From assembly GCA_964016885.1 (NCBI GenBank), contig OZ024741.1:246016001-246080000 (forward strand): a stretch of 64,000 nucleotides of DNA, written 5' to 3'. Position numbers and translations under genes: made by a program. The stretch is from Eledone cirrhosa. Lineage: Eukaryota. The notes beneath the pieces are model-generated. The model had not been told where the DNA came from, ran no database searches, and saw nothing but the letters and a program-made list of their open reading frames with translations. Below are positions 40,840-55,240 of the stretch, one piece after another. Numbering within the stretch: position 1 is the first letter of the stretch; every line of letters begins with the position of its first letter.

Positions 40840-43800
40840 TCCCCTTGGACGGCTGGAAATTATCTCCCCTTGATCTTTTTACAAATTATCTCCCCCTGAT
40901 TTTTTTTTTACAAATTATCTCCCCCTGATTTTTTTTTACAAATTATCTACCCCTGATTTTTTTTTACAAATTATCTCCCCCTGATTTTTTTTACAAATTA
41001 TCTCCCCCTGATTTTTTTTTTACAAATTATCTCCCCCTGATTTTTTTACAAATTATCTCCCACTGATTTTTTTTACAAATTATCTCCGCCTGATTTTTTT
41101 AAATATTATCTCTCCTTGGCTGGCGGGAAATTATCTCCCCTTGGACGGCTGGAAATTATCTCCCCTTGGAAGGATGGAAATTATCTCCCCTTGGACGGCT
41201 GGAAATTATCTCTCCTTGGACGGCTAGAATTTACCTCTCCTTGGACGGCTGAAAATTATCTCCCCTTGAACGGCTGGAAATTATCTCCCCTTGATTTTTT
41301 TTACAAATTATCTCCCCCTTTTTTTTTTTTACAAATTATCTCCCCCTGATTTTTTTTTACAAATTATCTCCCCCTGATTTTTTTTTACAAATTATCTCCC
41401 CCTGATTTTTTTTACAAATTATCTCCCCCCTGATTTTTTTACAAATTATCTCCCCTTGGCTGGTTGGAAATTATCTCCCCTTGGAGGCTGGAACTTATCT
41501 CCCCTTGGACGGCTAGAAATTACCTCTCCTTGGACGGCTGGAAAATATGTCTCCTTGGACGGCTGGATATTATCTCCCCTTGGACGGCTGGAAATTATCT
41601 CCCCTTGGACGGCTGGAAATTATCTCCCCTTGGATGGCTAGATATTACCTCCCCTTGGACGGCTGGAAATTATCTCCCCTTGATTTTTTTAACAAATTAT
41701 CTCCCCCTGATTTTTTTTACAAATTATCTCCCCCTGATTTTTTTTAAAAAATTATCTCCCCCTGATTTTTGTTTACAAATTATCTCCGCCTGATTTTTTT
41801 TAACAAATTATCTCCCCTTGGACGGCTGGAAATTATCTCCCCTTGGACGGCTGGAAATTATATCTCCTTGGACGGCTAGAATTTACCTCTCCTTGGACGG
41901 CTGAAAATTATCTCCCCTTGGACGGCTGGAAATTATCTCCCCTTGATTTTTTTTACAAATTATCTCCCCCTGATTTTTTTTTACAAATTATCTCCCCCTG
42001 ATTTTTTTTTACAAATTATCTCCCCCTGATTTTTTTTTACAAATTATCTCCCCCTGATTTTTTTACAAATTATCTCCCCTTGGCTGGCTGGAAATTATCT
42101 CCCCTTGGAGGCTGGAACTTATCTCCACTTGGACGGCTAGAAATTACCTCTCCTTGGACGGCTGGAAAATATGTCTCCTTGGACGGCTGGATATTATCTC
42201 CCCTTGGACGGCTGGAAATTATCTCCCCTTGGACGGCTGGAAATTATCTCCCCTTGGATGGCTAGATATTACCTCCCCTTGGACGGCTGGAAATTATCTC
42301 CCCTTGATTTTTTTTACAAATTATCTCCCCCTGATTTTTTTTTACAAATTATCTCCCCCTGATTTTTTTTTACAAATTATCTCCCCTTGGACGGCTGGAA
42401 ATTATCTCCCCTTGGACGGCTAGAAATTACCTCTCCTTGGACGGCTGAAAATTATCTCCCCTTGGACGGCTGGAAATTATCTCCCCTTGATTTTTTTACA
42501 AATTATCTCCCCCTGATTTTTTTTTTACAAATTATCTCCCCCTGATTTTTTTTTACAAATTATCTACCCCTGATTTTTTTTTACAAATTATCTCCCCCTG
42601 ATTTTTTTTTACAAATTATCTACCCCTGATTTTTTTTACAAATTATCTCCCCCTGATTTTTTTTACAAATTATCTCCCCCTGATTTTTTTTTTACAAATT
42701 ATCTCCCCCTGATTTTTTTACAAATTATCTCCCCCTGATTTTTTTTACAAATTATCTCCGCCGGATTTTTTTAAATATTATCTTCCCTTGGCTTGCGGGA
42801 AATTATCTCCCCTTGGACGGCTGAAAATTATCTCCCCTTGGACGGCTGGAAATTATCTCCCCTTGATTTTTTTTACAAATTATCTCCCCCTGATTTTTTT
42901 TTACAAATTATCTCCCCCTGATTTTTTTTACAAATTATCTCCCCCTGATTTTTTTTACAAATTATCTCCCCCTGATTTTTTTTACAAATTATCTCCCCCT
43001 GATTTTTTTTTACAAATTATCTCCCCCTGATTTTTTTACAAATTATCTCCCCCTGATTTTTTTTACAAATTATCTCCGCCTGATTTTTTAAAATATTATC
43101 TTCCCTTGGCTGGCGGGAAATTATCTCCCCTGGACGGCTGGAAATTATCTGCCCTTGATTTTCTTTTTACAAATTAACTTCCACTGATTTTTTTTACAAA
43201 TTATCTCCACCTGATTTTTTTAAAAATTATCTCCCCTTGGAAGGCTGGAAATTATCTCCCCTTGGCTGGAAATTATCTCCCCTTGGACGGCTAGAAATTA
43301 TCTCTCTTTGGACGGCTGGAAATTATCACCCCTTGAGTTTTTTACAAATTATCTCCCCCTGATTTTTTTTACAAATCTCCCAGTGATTTTTAAAAAAAAA
43401 TTATCTTCCCTTCGCTGGCTGGAAATTATCTCCCCTTGGACGCTGGAAATTATAGCCCCTTGGAGGGCTGGAAATTATCTTCCCTTGGACGGCTGGAAAT
43501 TACCTCCCCTTGATTTTTTTTACAAATTATCTCCCCCTGATTTTTTTTTACAAATTATCTCCCCCTGATTTTTTTTTACAACTTATCTGCGCCTGATTTT
43601 TTTAAAAAAATTATCTCCCCTTGGACGGCTGGAAATTATCTACCTTTGGACGGCTGGAAATTATCTCTCCTTGGACGGCTAGAATTTACCTCTCCTTGGA
43701 CGGCTGAAAATTATCTCCCCTTGGACGGCTGGAAATTATCTCCCCTTGATTTTTTTTACAAATTATCTCCCCCTGATTTTTTTTTACAAATTATCTCCCC

Positions 43801-46800
43801 CTGATTTTTTTACAAATTATCTCCCACTGATTTTTTTTACAAATTATCTCCGCCTGATTTTTTTAAATATTATCTCTCCTTGGCTGGCGGGAAATTATCT
43901 CCCCTTGGACGGCTGGAAATTATCTCCCCTTGGAAGGATGGAAATTATCTCCCCTTGGACGGCTGGAAATTATCTACCCCTGATTTTTTTTACAAATTAT
44001 CTCCCCCTGATTTTTTTTACAAATTATCTCCCCCTGATTTTTTTTACAAATTATCTACCCCTGATTTTTTTTACAAATTATCTCCCCCTGATTTTTTTTT
44101 ACAAATTATCTCCCCCTGATTTTTTTTACAAATTATCTACCCCTGATTTTTTTACAAATTATCTCCCCCTGATTTTTTTTACAATCTCCGCCTGATTTTT
44201 TTAAAAATTGTCTTCCCTTGGCTGGCTGGAAATTATCTCCCCTTGGACACTGGAAATTATAGCCCCTTGGAGGGCTGGAAATTATCTTCCCTTGGACGGC
44301 TGGAAATTATCTCCCCTTGATTTTTTTTACAAATTATCTCCGCCTGATTTTTTTTTACAAATTATCTCCCCCTGATTTTTTTTTACAAATTATCTACCCC
44401 TGATTTTTTTTTACAAATTATCTCCCCCTGATTTTTTTTACAAATTATCTCCCCCTGATTTTTCTTTTACAAATTATCTCCCCCTGATTTTTTTACAAAT
44501 TATCTCCCCCTGATTTTTTTTACAAATTATCTCCGCCTGATTTTTTTAAATATTATCTTCCCTTGGCTGGCGGGAAATTATCTTCCCTTGGACGGCTGGA
44601 AATTATCTGCCCTTGATTTTCTTTTTACAAATTATCTTCCACTGATTTTTTTTACAAATTATCTCCACCTGATTTTTTAAAAAATTATCTCCCCTTGGAA
44701 GGCTGGAAATTATCTCCCCTTGGACGGCTGGAAATTATCTCCCCTTGGACGGCTAGAAATTATCTCTCCTTGGACGGCTGAAAATTATCTCCCCTTGGAC
44801 GGCTGCAAATTATCTCCCCTTGATTTTTTTTACAAATTATCTCCCCCTGATTTTTTTTACAAATTATCTCCCCCTGATTTTTTTACAAATTATCTACCCC
44901 TGATTTTTTTTACAAATTATCTCCCCCTGATTTTTTTTTACAAATTATCTCCCCCTGATTTTTTTTTACAAATTATCTCCCCCTGATTTTTTTTTTACAA
45001 ATTATCTCCCCCTGATTTTTTTACAAATTATCTCCCCCTGATTTTTTTTACAATCTCCGCCTGATTTTTTTAAAAATTATCTTCCCTTGGCTGGCGGGAA
45101 ATTATCTCCCCTTGGACGGCTGGAAATTATCTCCCCTTGGAAGGATGGAAATTATCTCCCCTTGGACGGCTGGAAATTATCTCCCCTTGCACGGCTGGAA
45201 ATTATCTCCCCTTGGCTGGAAATTATCTCCCCTTGGACGGCTAGAAATTATCTCTCTTTGGACGGCTGGAAATTATCTCCCTTTGATTTTTTTTACAAAT
45301 TATCTCCCTCTGATTTTTTTTACAAATCTCCCCCTGATTTTTTTTAAAAAATTATCTCCCCTTCGCTGGCTGGAAATTATCTTCCCTTGGACGGCTGGAA
45401 ATTATCTCCCCTTGATTTTTTTTACAAATTATCTCCGCCTGATTTTTTTTTTAAATTATCTCTCCTTGGACGGCTGGAAATTATCTCCCCTTGATTTTTT
45501 TTACAAATAATCTCCCCCTGATTTTTTTTTATAAATTATCTCCCCCTGATTTTTTTTTACAAATTATCTACCCCTGATTTTTTTTTACAAATTATCTCCC
45601 CCTGATTTTTTTTACAAATTATCTCCCCCTGATTTTTCCTTTACAAATTATCTCCCCCTGATTTTTTTACAAATTATCTCCCCCTGATTTTTTTTACAAA
45701 TTGTCTCCGCCTGATTTTTTTAAATATTATCTTCCCTTGGCTGGCGGGAAATTACCTCCCCTTGGACGGCTGGAAATTATCTGCCCTTGATTTTCTTTTT
45801 ACAAATTATCTTCCACTGATTTTTTTTACAAATTATCTCCACCTGATTTTTTAAAAAATTATCTCCCCTTGGAAGGCTGGAAATTATCTCCCCTTGGACG
45901 GCTAGAAATTATCTCTCTTTGGACGGCTGGAAATTATCACCCCTTGAGTTTTTTACAAATTATCTCCCCCTGATTTTTTTTACAAATCTCCCAGTGATTT
46001 TTTAAAAAAATTATCTCCCCTTCGCTGGCTGGAAATTATCTCCCCTTGGACGCTGGAAATTATAGCCCCTTGGAGGGCTGGAAATTATCTTCCCTTGGAC
46101 GGCTGGAAATTATCTCCCCTTGATTTTTTTTACAAATTATCTCCCCCTGATTTTTTTTTACAAATTATCTCCCCCTGATGTTTTTTTACAACTTATCTGC
46201 GCCTGATTTTTTTAAAAAAATTATCTCCCCTTGGACGGCTGGAAATTATCTCCCCTTGGACGGCTGGAAATTATCTCTCCTTGGACGGCTAGAATTTACC
46301 TCTCCTTGGACGGCTGAAAATTATCTCCCCTTGAACGGCTGGAAATTATCTCCCCTTGATTTTTTTTACAAATTATCTCCCCCTTTTTTTTTTTTACAAA
46401 TTATCTCCCCCTGATTTTTTTTTACAAATTATCTCCCCCTGATTTTTTTTTACAAATTATCTCCCCCTGATTTTTTTTACAAATTATCTCCCCCCTGATT
46501 TTTTTACAAATTATCTCCCCTTGGCTGGTTGGAAATTATCTCCCCTTGGAGGCTGGAACTTATCTCCCCTTGGACGGCTAGAAATTACCTCTCCTTGGAC
46601 GGCTGGAAAATATGTCTCCTTGGACGGCTGGATATTATCTCCCCTTGGACGGCTGGAAATTATCTCCCCTTGGACGGCTGTAAATTATCTCCCCTTGGAT
46701 GGCTAGATATTACCTCCCCTTGGACGGCTGGAAATTATCTCCCCTTGATTTTTTTAACAAATTATCTCGCCCTGATTTTTTTTACAAATTATCTCCCCCT

Positions 46801-49800
46801 GATTTTTTTAAAAAAATTATCTCCGCCTGATTTTTTTTAACAAATTATCTCCCCTTGGACGGCTGGAAATTATCTCCCCTTGGACGGCTGGAAATTATAT
46901 CTCCTTGGACGGCTAGAATTTACCTCTCCTTGGACGGCTGAAAATTATCTCCCCTTGGACGGCTGGAAATTATCTCCCCTTGATTTTTTTTACAAATTAT
47001 CTCCCCCTGATTTTTTTTTACAAATTATCTCCCCCTGATTTTTTTTTACAAATTATCTCCCCCTGATTTTTTTTTACAAATTATCTCCCCCTGATTTTTT
47101 TACAAATTATCTCCCCTTGGCTGGCTGGAAATTATCTCCCCTTGGAGGCTGGAACTTATCTCCACTTGGACGGCTAGAAATTACCTCTCCTTGGACGGCT
47201 GGAAAATATGTCTCCTTGGACGGCTGGATATTATCTCCCCTTGGACGGCTGGAAATTATCTCCCCTTGGACGGCTGGAAATTATCTCCCCTTGGATGGCT
47301 AGATATTACCTCCCCTTGGACGGCTGGAAATTATCTCCCCTTGATTTTTTTTACAAATTATCTCCCCCTGATTTTTTTTTACAAATTATCTCCCCCTGAT
47401 TTTTTTTTACAAATTATCTCCCCCTGATTTTTGTTTACAAATTATCTCCGCCTGATTTTTTTTTAAAAATTATCTCCCCTTGGACGGCTGGAAATTATCT
47501 CCCCTTGGACGGCTAGAAATTACCTCTCCTTGGACGGCTGAAAATTATCTCCCCTTGGACGGCTGGAAATTATCTCCCCTTGATTTTTTTACAAATTATC
47601 TCCCCTTGATTTTTTTTTTACAAATTATCTCCCCCTGATTTTTTTTTACAAATTATCTACCCCTGATTTTTTTTTACAAATTATCTCCCCCTGATTTTTT
47701 TTTACAAATTATCTACCCCTGATTTTTTTTACAAATTATCTCCCCCTGATTTTTTTTACAAATTATCTCCCCCTGATTTTTTTTTTACAAATTATCTCCC
47801 CCTGATTTTTTTACAAATTATCTCCCCCTGATTTTTTTTACAAATTATCTCCGCCGGATTTTTTTAAATATTATCTTCCCTTGGCTTGCGGGAAATTATC
47901 TCCCCTTGGACGGCTGAAAATTATCTCCCCTTGGACGGCTGGAAATTATCTCCCCTTGATTTTTTTTACAAATTATCTCCCCCTGATTTTTTTTTACAAA
48001 TTATCTCCCCCTGATTTTTTTTACAAATTATCTCCCCCTGATTTTTTTTTACAAATTATCTCCCCCTGATTTTTTTTACAAATTATCTCCCCCTGATTTT
48101 TTTTACAAATTATCTCCCCCTGATTTTTTTTTACAAATTATCTCCCCCTGATTTTTTTACAAATTATCTCCCCCTGATTTTTTTTACAAATTATCTCCGC
48201 CTGATTTTTTAAAATATTATCTTCCCTTGGCTGGCGGGAAATTATCTCCCCTTGGACGGCTGGAAATTATCTGCCCTTGATTTTCTTTTTACAAATTAAC
48301 TTCCACTGATTTTTTTTACAAATTATCTCCACCTGATTTTTTTTAAAATTATCTCCCCTTGGAAGGCTGGAAATTATCTCCCCTTGGCTGGAAATTATCG
48401 CCCCTTGGACGGCTAGAAATTATCTCTCTTTGGACGGCTGGAAATTATCACCCCTTGAGTTTTTTACAAATTATCTCCCCCTGATTTTTTTTACAAATCT
48501 CCCAGTGATTTTTAAAAAAAAATTATCTTCCCTTCGCTGGCTGGAAATTATCTCCCCTTGGACGCTGGAAATTATAGCCCCTTGGAGGGCTGGAAATTAT
48601 CTTCCCTTGGACGGCTGGAAATTATCTCCCCTTGATTTTTTTTACAAATTATCTCCCCCTGATTTTTTTTTACAAATTATCCCCCCCTGATTTTTTTTTA
48701 CAACTTATCTGCGCCTGATTTTTTTAAAAAAATTATCTCCCCTTGGACGGCTGGAAATTATCTCCCCTTGGACGGCTGGAAATTATCTCTCCTTGGACGG
48801 CTAGAATTTACCTCTCCTTGGACGGCTGAAAATTATCTCCCCTTGGACGGCTGGAAATTATCTCCCCTTGATTTTTTTTACAAATTATCTCCCCCTGATT
48901 TTTTTTTACAAATTATCTCCCCCTGATTTTTTTTACAAATTATCTCCCCCTGATTTTTTTTTACAAATTATCTCCCCCTGATTTTTTTTTACAAATTATC
49001 TCCCCCTGATTTTTTTTTACAAATTATCTCCCCCTGATTTTTTTTTACAAATTATCTCCCCCTGATTTTTTTTTACAAATTATCTCCCCCTGATTTTTTT
49101 TTACAAATTATCTCCGCCTGATTTTTTTTAAAAATTACCTCCCCTTGGACGGCTGGAAATTATCTCCCCTTGGACGGCTGGAAATTATCTCCCCTTGGAC
49201 GGCTAGAAATTATCTCTCCTTGGACGGCTGAAAATTATCTCCCCTTGGACGGCTGCAAATTATCTCCACTTGATTTTTTTTACAAATTATCTCCCCCTGA
49301 TTTTTTTTACAAATTATCTCCCCCTGATTTTTTTTACAAATTATCTACCCCTGATTTTTTTTACAAATTATCTCCCCCTGATTTTTTTTTACAAATTATC
49401 TCCCCCTGATTTTTTTTTACAAATTATCTCCCCCTGATTTTTCTTTTACAAATTATCTCCCCCTGATTTTTTTACAAAGTATCTCCCCCTGATTTTTTTT
49501 ACAATCTCCGCCTGATTTTTTTAAAAATTATCTTCCCTTGGCTGGCGGGAAATTATCTCCCCTTGGACGGCTGGAAATTATCTCCCCTTGGAAGGATGGA
49601 AATTATCTCCCCTTGGACGGCTGGAAATTATCTCCCCTTGCACGGCTGGAAATTATCTCCCCTTGGACGGATAGATATTACCTCCCCTTGGACGGCTGGA
49701 AATTATCTCCCCTTGATTTTTTTACAAATTATCTCCCCCTGATTTATTTTACAAATCTCCCAATGATTTTTAAAAAAAAATTATCTCCCCTTCGCTGGCT

Positions 49801-52800
49801 GGAAATTATCTCCCCTTGGACGCTGGAAATTATAGCCCCTTGGAGGGCTGGAAATTATCTTCCCTTGGACGGCTGGAAATTATCTCCCCTTGATTTTTTT
49901 TACAAATTATCTCCCCCTGATTTTTTTTACAAATTATCTCCCCCTGATTTTTTTTACAAATTATCTACCCCTGATTTTTTTTACAAATTATCTCCCCCTG
50001 ATTTTTTTTTACAAATTATCTCCCCCTGATTTTTTTTTACAAATTATCTCCCCCTGATTTTTTTACAAATTATCTCCCCCTGATTTTTTTTTACAATCTC
50101 CGCCTGATTTTTTTAAAAATTATCTTCCCTTGGCTGGCTGGAAATTATCTCCCCTTGGACACTGGAAATTATAGCCCCTTGGAGGGCTGGAAATTATCTT
50201 CCCTTGGACGGCTGGAAATTATCTCCCCTTGATTTTTTTTACAAATTAACTCCGCCTGATTTTTTTTTACAAATTATCTCCCCCTGATTTTTTTTTACAA
50301 ATTATCTACCCCTGATTTTTTTTTACAAATTATCTCCCCCTGATTTTTTTTACAAATTATCTCCCCCTGATTTTTCTTTTACAAATTATCTCCCCCTGAT
50401 TTTTTTACAAATTATCTCCCCCTGATTTTTTTTACAAATTATCTCCGCCTGATTTTTTTAAATATTATCTTCCCTTGGCTGGCGGGAAATTATCTCCCCT
50501 TGGACGGCTGGAAATTATCTGCCCTTGATTTTCTTTTTACAAATTATCTTCCACTGATTTTTTTTACAAATTATCTCCACCTGATTTTTTAAAAAATTAT
50601 CTCCCCTTGGAAGGCTGGAAATTATCTCCCCTTGGACGGCTGGAAATTATCTCCCCTTGGACGGCTAGAAATTATCTCTCCTTGGACGGCTGAAAATTAT
50701 CTCCCCTTGGACGGCTGCAAATTATCTCCCCTTGATTTTTTTTACAAATTATCTCCCCCTGATTTTTTTTTACAAATTATCTCCCCCTGATTTTTTTTTA
50801 CAAATTATCTCCCCCTGATTTTTTTTTACAAATTATCTCCCCCTGATTTTTTTTTACAAATTATCTCCCCCTGATTTTTTTTTACAAATTATCTCCCCCT
50901 GATTTTTTTTAAAAATTACCTCCCCTTGGACGGCTGGAAATTATCTCCCCTTGGACGGCTGGAAATTATCTCCCCTTGGACGGCTAGAAATTATCTCTCC
51001 TTGGACGGCTGAAAATTATCTCCCCTTGGACGGCTGCAAATTATCTCCACTTGATTTTTTTTACAAATTATCTCCCCCTGATTTTTTTTACAAATTATCT
51101 CCCCCTGATTTTTTTTACAAATTATCTACCCCTGATTTTTTTTACAAATTATCTCCCCCTGATTTTTTTTTACAAATTATCTCCCCCTGATTTTTTTTTA
51201 CAAATTATCTCCCCCTGATTTTTCTTTTACAAATTATCTCCCCCTGATTTTTTTACAAAGTATCTCCCCCTGATTTTTTTTACAATCTCCGCCTGATTTT
51301 TTTAAAAATTATCTTCCCTTGGCTGGCGGGAAATTATCTCCCCTTGGACGGCTGGAAATTATCTCCCCTTGGAAGGATGGAAATGATCTCCCCTTGGACG
51401 GCTGGAAATTATCTCCCCTTGCACGGCTGGAAATTATCTCCCCTTGGACGGATAGATATTACCTCCCCTTGGACGGCTGGAAATTATCTCCCCTTGATTT
51501 TTTTACAAATTATCTCCCCCTGATTTATTTTACAAATCTCCCAATGATTTTTAAAAAAAAATTATCTCCCCTTCGCTGGCTGGAAATTATCTCCCCTTGG
51601 ACGCTGGAAATTATAGCCCCTTGGAGGGCTGGAAATTATCTTCCCTTGGACGGCTGGAAATTATCTCCCCTTGATTTTTTTTACAAATTATCTCCCCCTG
51701 ATTTTTTTTACAAATTATCTCCCCCTGATTTTTTTTACAAATTATCTACCCCTGATTTTTTTTACAAATTATCTCCCCCTGATTTTTTTTTACAAATTAT
51801 CTCCCCCTGATTTTTTTTTACAAATTATCTCCCCCTGATTTTTTTACAAATTATCTCCCCCTGATTTTTTTTTACAATCTCCGCCTGATTTTTTTAAAAA
51901 TTATCTTCCCTTGGCTGGCTGGAAATTATCTCCCCTTGGACACTGGAAATTATAGCCCCTTGGAGGGCTGGAAATTATCTTCCCTTGGACGGCTGGAAAT
52001 TATCTCCCCTTGATTTTTTTTACAAATTAACTCCGCCTGATTTTTTTTTACAAATTATCTCCCCCTGATTTTTTTTTACAAATTATCTACCCCTGATTTT
52101 TTTTTACAAATTATCTCCCCCTGATTTTTTTTACAAATTATCTCCCCCTGATTTTTCTTTTACAAATTATCTCCCCCTGATTTTTTTACAAATTATCTCC
52201 CCCTGATTTTTTTTACAAATTATCTCCGCCTGATTTTTTTAAATATTATCTTCCCTTGGCTGGCGGGAAATTATCTCCCCTTGGACGGCTGGAAATTATC
52301 TGCCCTTGATTTTCTTTTTACAAATTATCTTCCACTGATTTTTTTTACAAATTATCTCCACCTGATTTTTTAAAAAATTATCTCCCCTTGGAAGGCTGGA
52401 AATTATCTCCCCTTGGACGGCTGGAAATTATCTCCCCTTGGACGGCTAGAAATTATCTCTCCTTGGACGGCTGAAAATTATCTCCCCTTGGACGGCTGCA
52501 AATTATCTCCCCTTGATTTTTTTTACAAATTATCTCCCCCTGATTTTTTTTACAAATTATCTCCCCCTGATTTTTTTTACAAATTATCTACCCCTGATTT
52601 TTTTTACAAATTATCTCCCCCTGATTTTTTTTTACAAATTATCTCCCCCTGATTTTTTTTTACAAATTATCTCCCCCTGATTTTTTTTTTACAAATTATC
52701 TCCCCCTGATTTTTTTACAAATTATCTCCCCCTGATTTTTTTTACAATCTCCGCCTGATTTTTTTAAAAATTATCTTCCCTTGGCTGGCGGGAAATTATC

Positions 52801-55240
52801 TCCCCTTGGACGGCTGGAAATTATCTCCCCTTGGAAGGATGGAAATTATCTCCCCTTGGACGGCTGGAAATTATCTCCCCTTGCACGGCTGGAAATTATC
52901 TCCCCTTGGCTGGAAATTATCTCCCCTTGGACGGCTAGAAATTATCTCTCTTTGGACGGCTGGAAATTATCTCCCTTTGATTTTTTTTACAAATTATCTC
53001 CCTCTGATTTTTTTTACAAATCTCCCCCTGATTTTTTAAAAAAAATTATCTCCCCTTCGCTGGCTGGAAATTATCTTCCCTTGGACGGCTGGAAATTATC
53101 TCACCTTGATTTTTTTTACAAATTATCTCCGCCTGATTTTTTTTTTAAATTATCTCTCCTTGGACGGCTGGAAATTATCTCCCCTTGATTTTTTTTACAA
53201 ATAATCTCCCCCTGATTTTTTTTTATAAATTATCTCCCCCTGATTTTTTTTTACAAATTATCTACCCCTGATTTTTTTTTACAAATTATCTCCCCCTGAT
53301 TTTTTTTACAAATTATCTCCCCCTGATTTTTCTTTTACAAATTATCTCCCCCTGATTTTTTTACAAATTATCTCCCCCTGATTTTTTTTACAAATTGTCT
53401 CCGCCTGATTTTTTTAAATATTATCTTCCCTTGGCTGGCGGGAAATTACCTCCCCTTGGACGGCTGGAAATTATCTGCCCTTGATTTTCTTTTTACAAAT
53501 TATCTTCCACTGATTTTTTTTACAAATTATCTCCACCTGATTTTTTAAAAAATTATCTCCCCTTGGAAGGCTGGAAATTATCTCCCCTTGGCTGGAAATT
53601 ATCTCCCCTTGGACGGCTAGAAATTATCTCTCTTTGGACGGCTGGAAATTATCACCCCTTGATTTTTTAACAAATTATCTCCCCCTGATTTTTTTACAAA
53701 TCTCCCAGTGATTTTTAAAAAAAAATTATCTCCCCTTCGCTGGCTGGAAATTATCTCCCCTTGGACGCTGGAAATTATAGCCCCTTGGAGGGCTGGAAAT
53801 TATCTTCCCTTGGACGGCCGGAAATTATCTCCCCTTGATTTTTTTTACAAATTATCTCCCCCTGATTTTTTTTTACAAATTATCTCCCCCTGATTTTTTT
53901 TTACAACTTATCTGCGCCTGATTTTTTTAAAAAAATTATCTCCCCTTGGACGGCTGGAAATTATCTCCCCTTGGACGGCTGGAAATTATCTCTCCTTGGA
54001 CGGCTAGAATTTACCTCTCCTTGGACGGCTGAAAATTATCTCCCCTTGCACGGCTGGAAATTATCTCCCCTTGATTTTTTTTACAAATTATCTCCCCCTT
54101 TTTTTTTTTTACAAATTATCTCCCCCTGATTTTTTTTTACAAATTATCTCCCCCTGATTTTTTTTTACAAATTATCTCCCCCTGATTTTTTTTACAAATT
54201 ATCTCCCCCCTGATTTTTTTACAAATTATCTCCCCTTGGCTGGCTGGAAATTATCTCCCCTTGGAGGCTGGAACTTATCTCCCCTTGGACGGCTAGAAAT
54301 TACCTCTCCTTGGACGGCTGGAAAATATGTCTCCTTGGACGGCTGGATATTATCTCCCCTTGGACGGCTGGAAATTATCTCCCCTTGGACGGCTGGAAAT
54401 TATCTCCCCTTGGATGGCTAGATATTACCTCCCCTTGGACGGCTGGAAATTATCTCCCCTTGATTTTTTTAACAAATTATCTCCCCCTGATTTTTTTTTA
54501 CAAATGATCTCCCCCTGATTTTTTTTTAAAAATTATCTCCCCCTGATTTTTGTTTACAAATTATCTCCGCCTGATTTTTTTTAACAAATTATCTCCCCTT
54601 GGACGGCTGGAAATTATCTCCCCTTGGACGGCTGGAAATTATATCTCCTTGGACGGCTAGAATTTACCTCTCCTTGGACGGCTGAAAATTATCTCCCCTT
54701 GGACGGCTGGAAATTATCTCCCCTTGATTTTTTTTACAAATCATCTCCCCCTGATTTTTTTTTACAAATTATCTCCCCCTGATTTTTTTTACAAATTATC
54801 TCCCCCTGATTTTTTTTTACAAATTATCTCCCCCTGATTTTTTTACAAATTATCTCCCCTTGGCTGGCTGGAAATTATCTCCCCTTGGAGGCTGGAACTT
54901 ATCTCCCCTTGGACGGCTAGAAATTACCTCTCCTTGGACGGCTGGAAAATATGTCTCCTTGGACGGCTGGATATTATCTCCCCTTGGACGGCTGGAAATT
55001 ATCTCCCCTTGGACGGCTGGAAATTATCTCCCCTTGGATGGCTAGATATTACCTCCCCTTGGACGGCTGGAAATTATCTCCCCTTGATTTTTTTTACAAA
55101 TTATCTCCCCCTGATTTTTTTTTACAAATTATCTCCCCCTGATTTTTTTTTACAAATTATCTCCCCCTGATTTTTGTTTACAAATTATCTCCGCCTGATT
55201 TTTTTTTAAAAATTATCTCCCCTTGGACGGCTGGAAATTA
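40840..55240 (+). repeat. ~14.4-kb segment, second copy of the dispersed duplication, with one extra ~1.5-kb module
   Basis: Offsets to the first copy are 29,437; 29,381; 29,357; 29,356; 29,328; 29,384; 29,356; 30,818; 30,817 along the segment. Confidence 0.85.
49170..52880 (+). repeat. Local tandem expansion with periods 1,781 and 1,462 bp
   Basis: Markers at 49170/50951/52413 and 49538/51319/52781. Confidence 0.8.
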
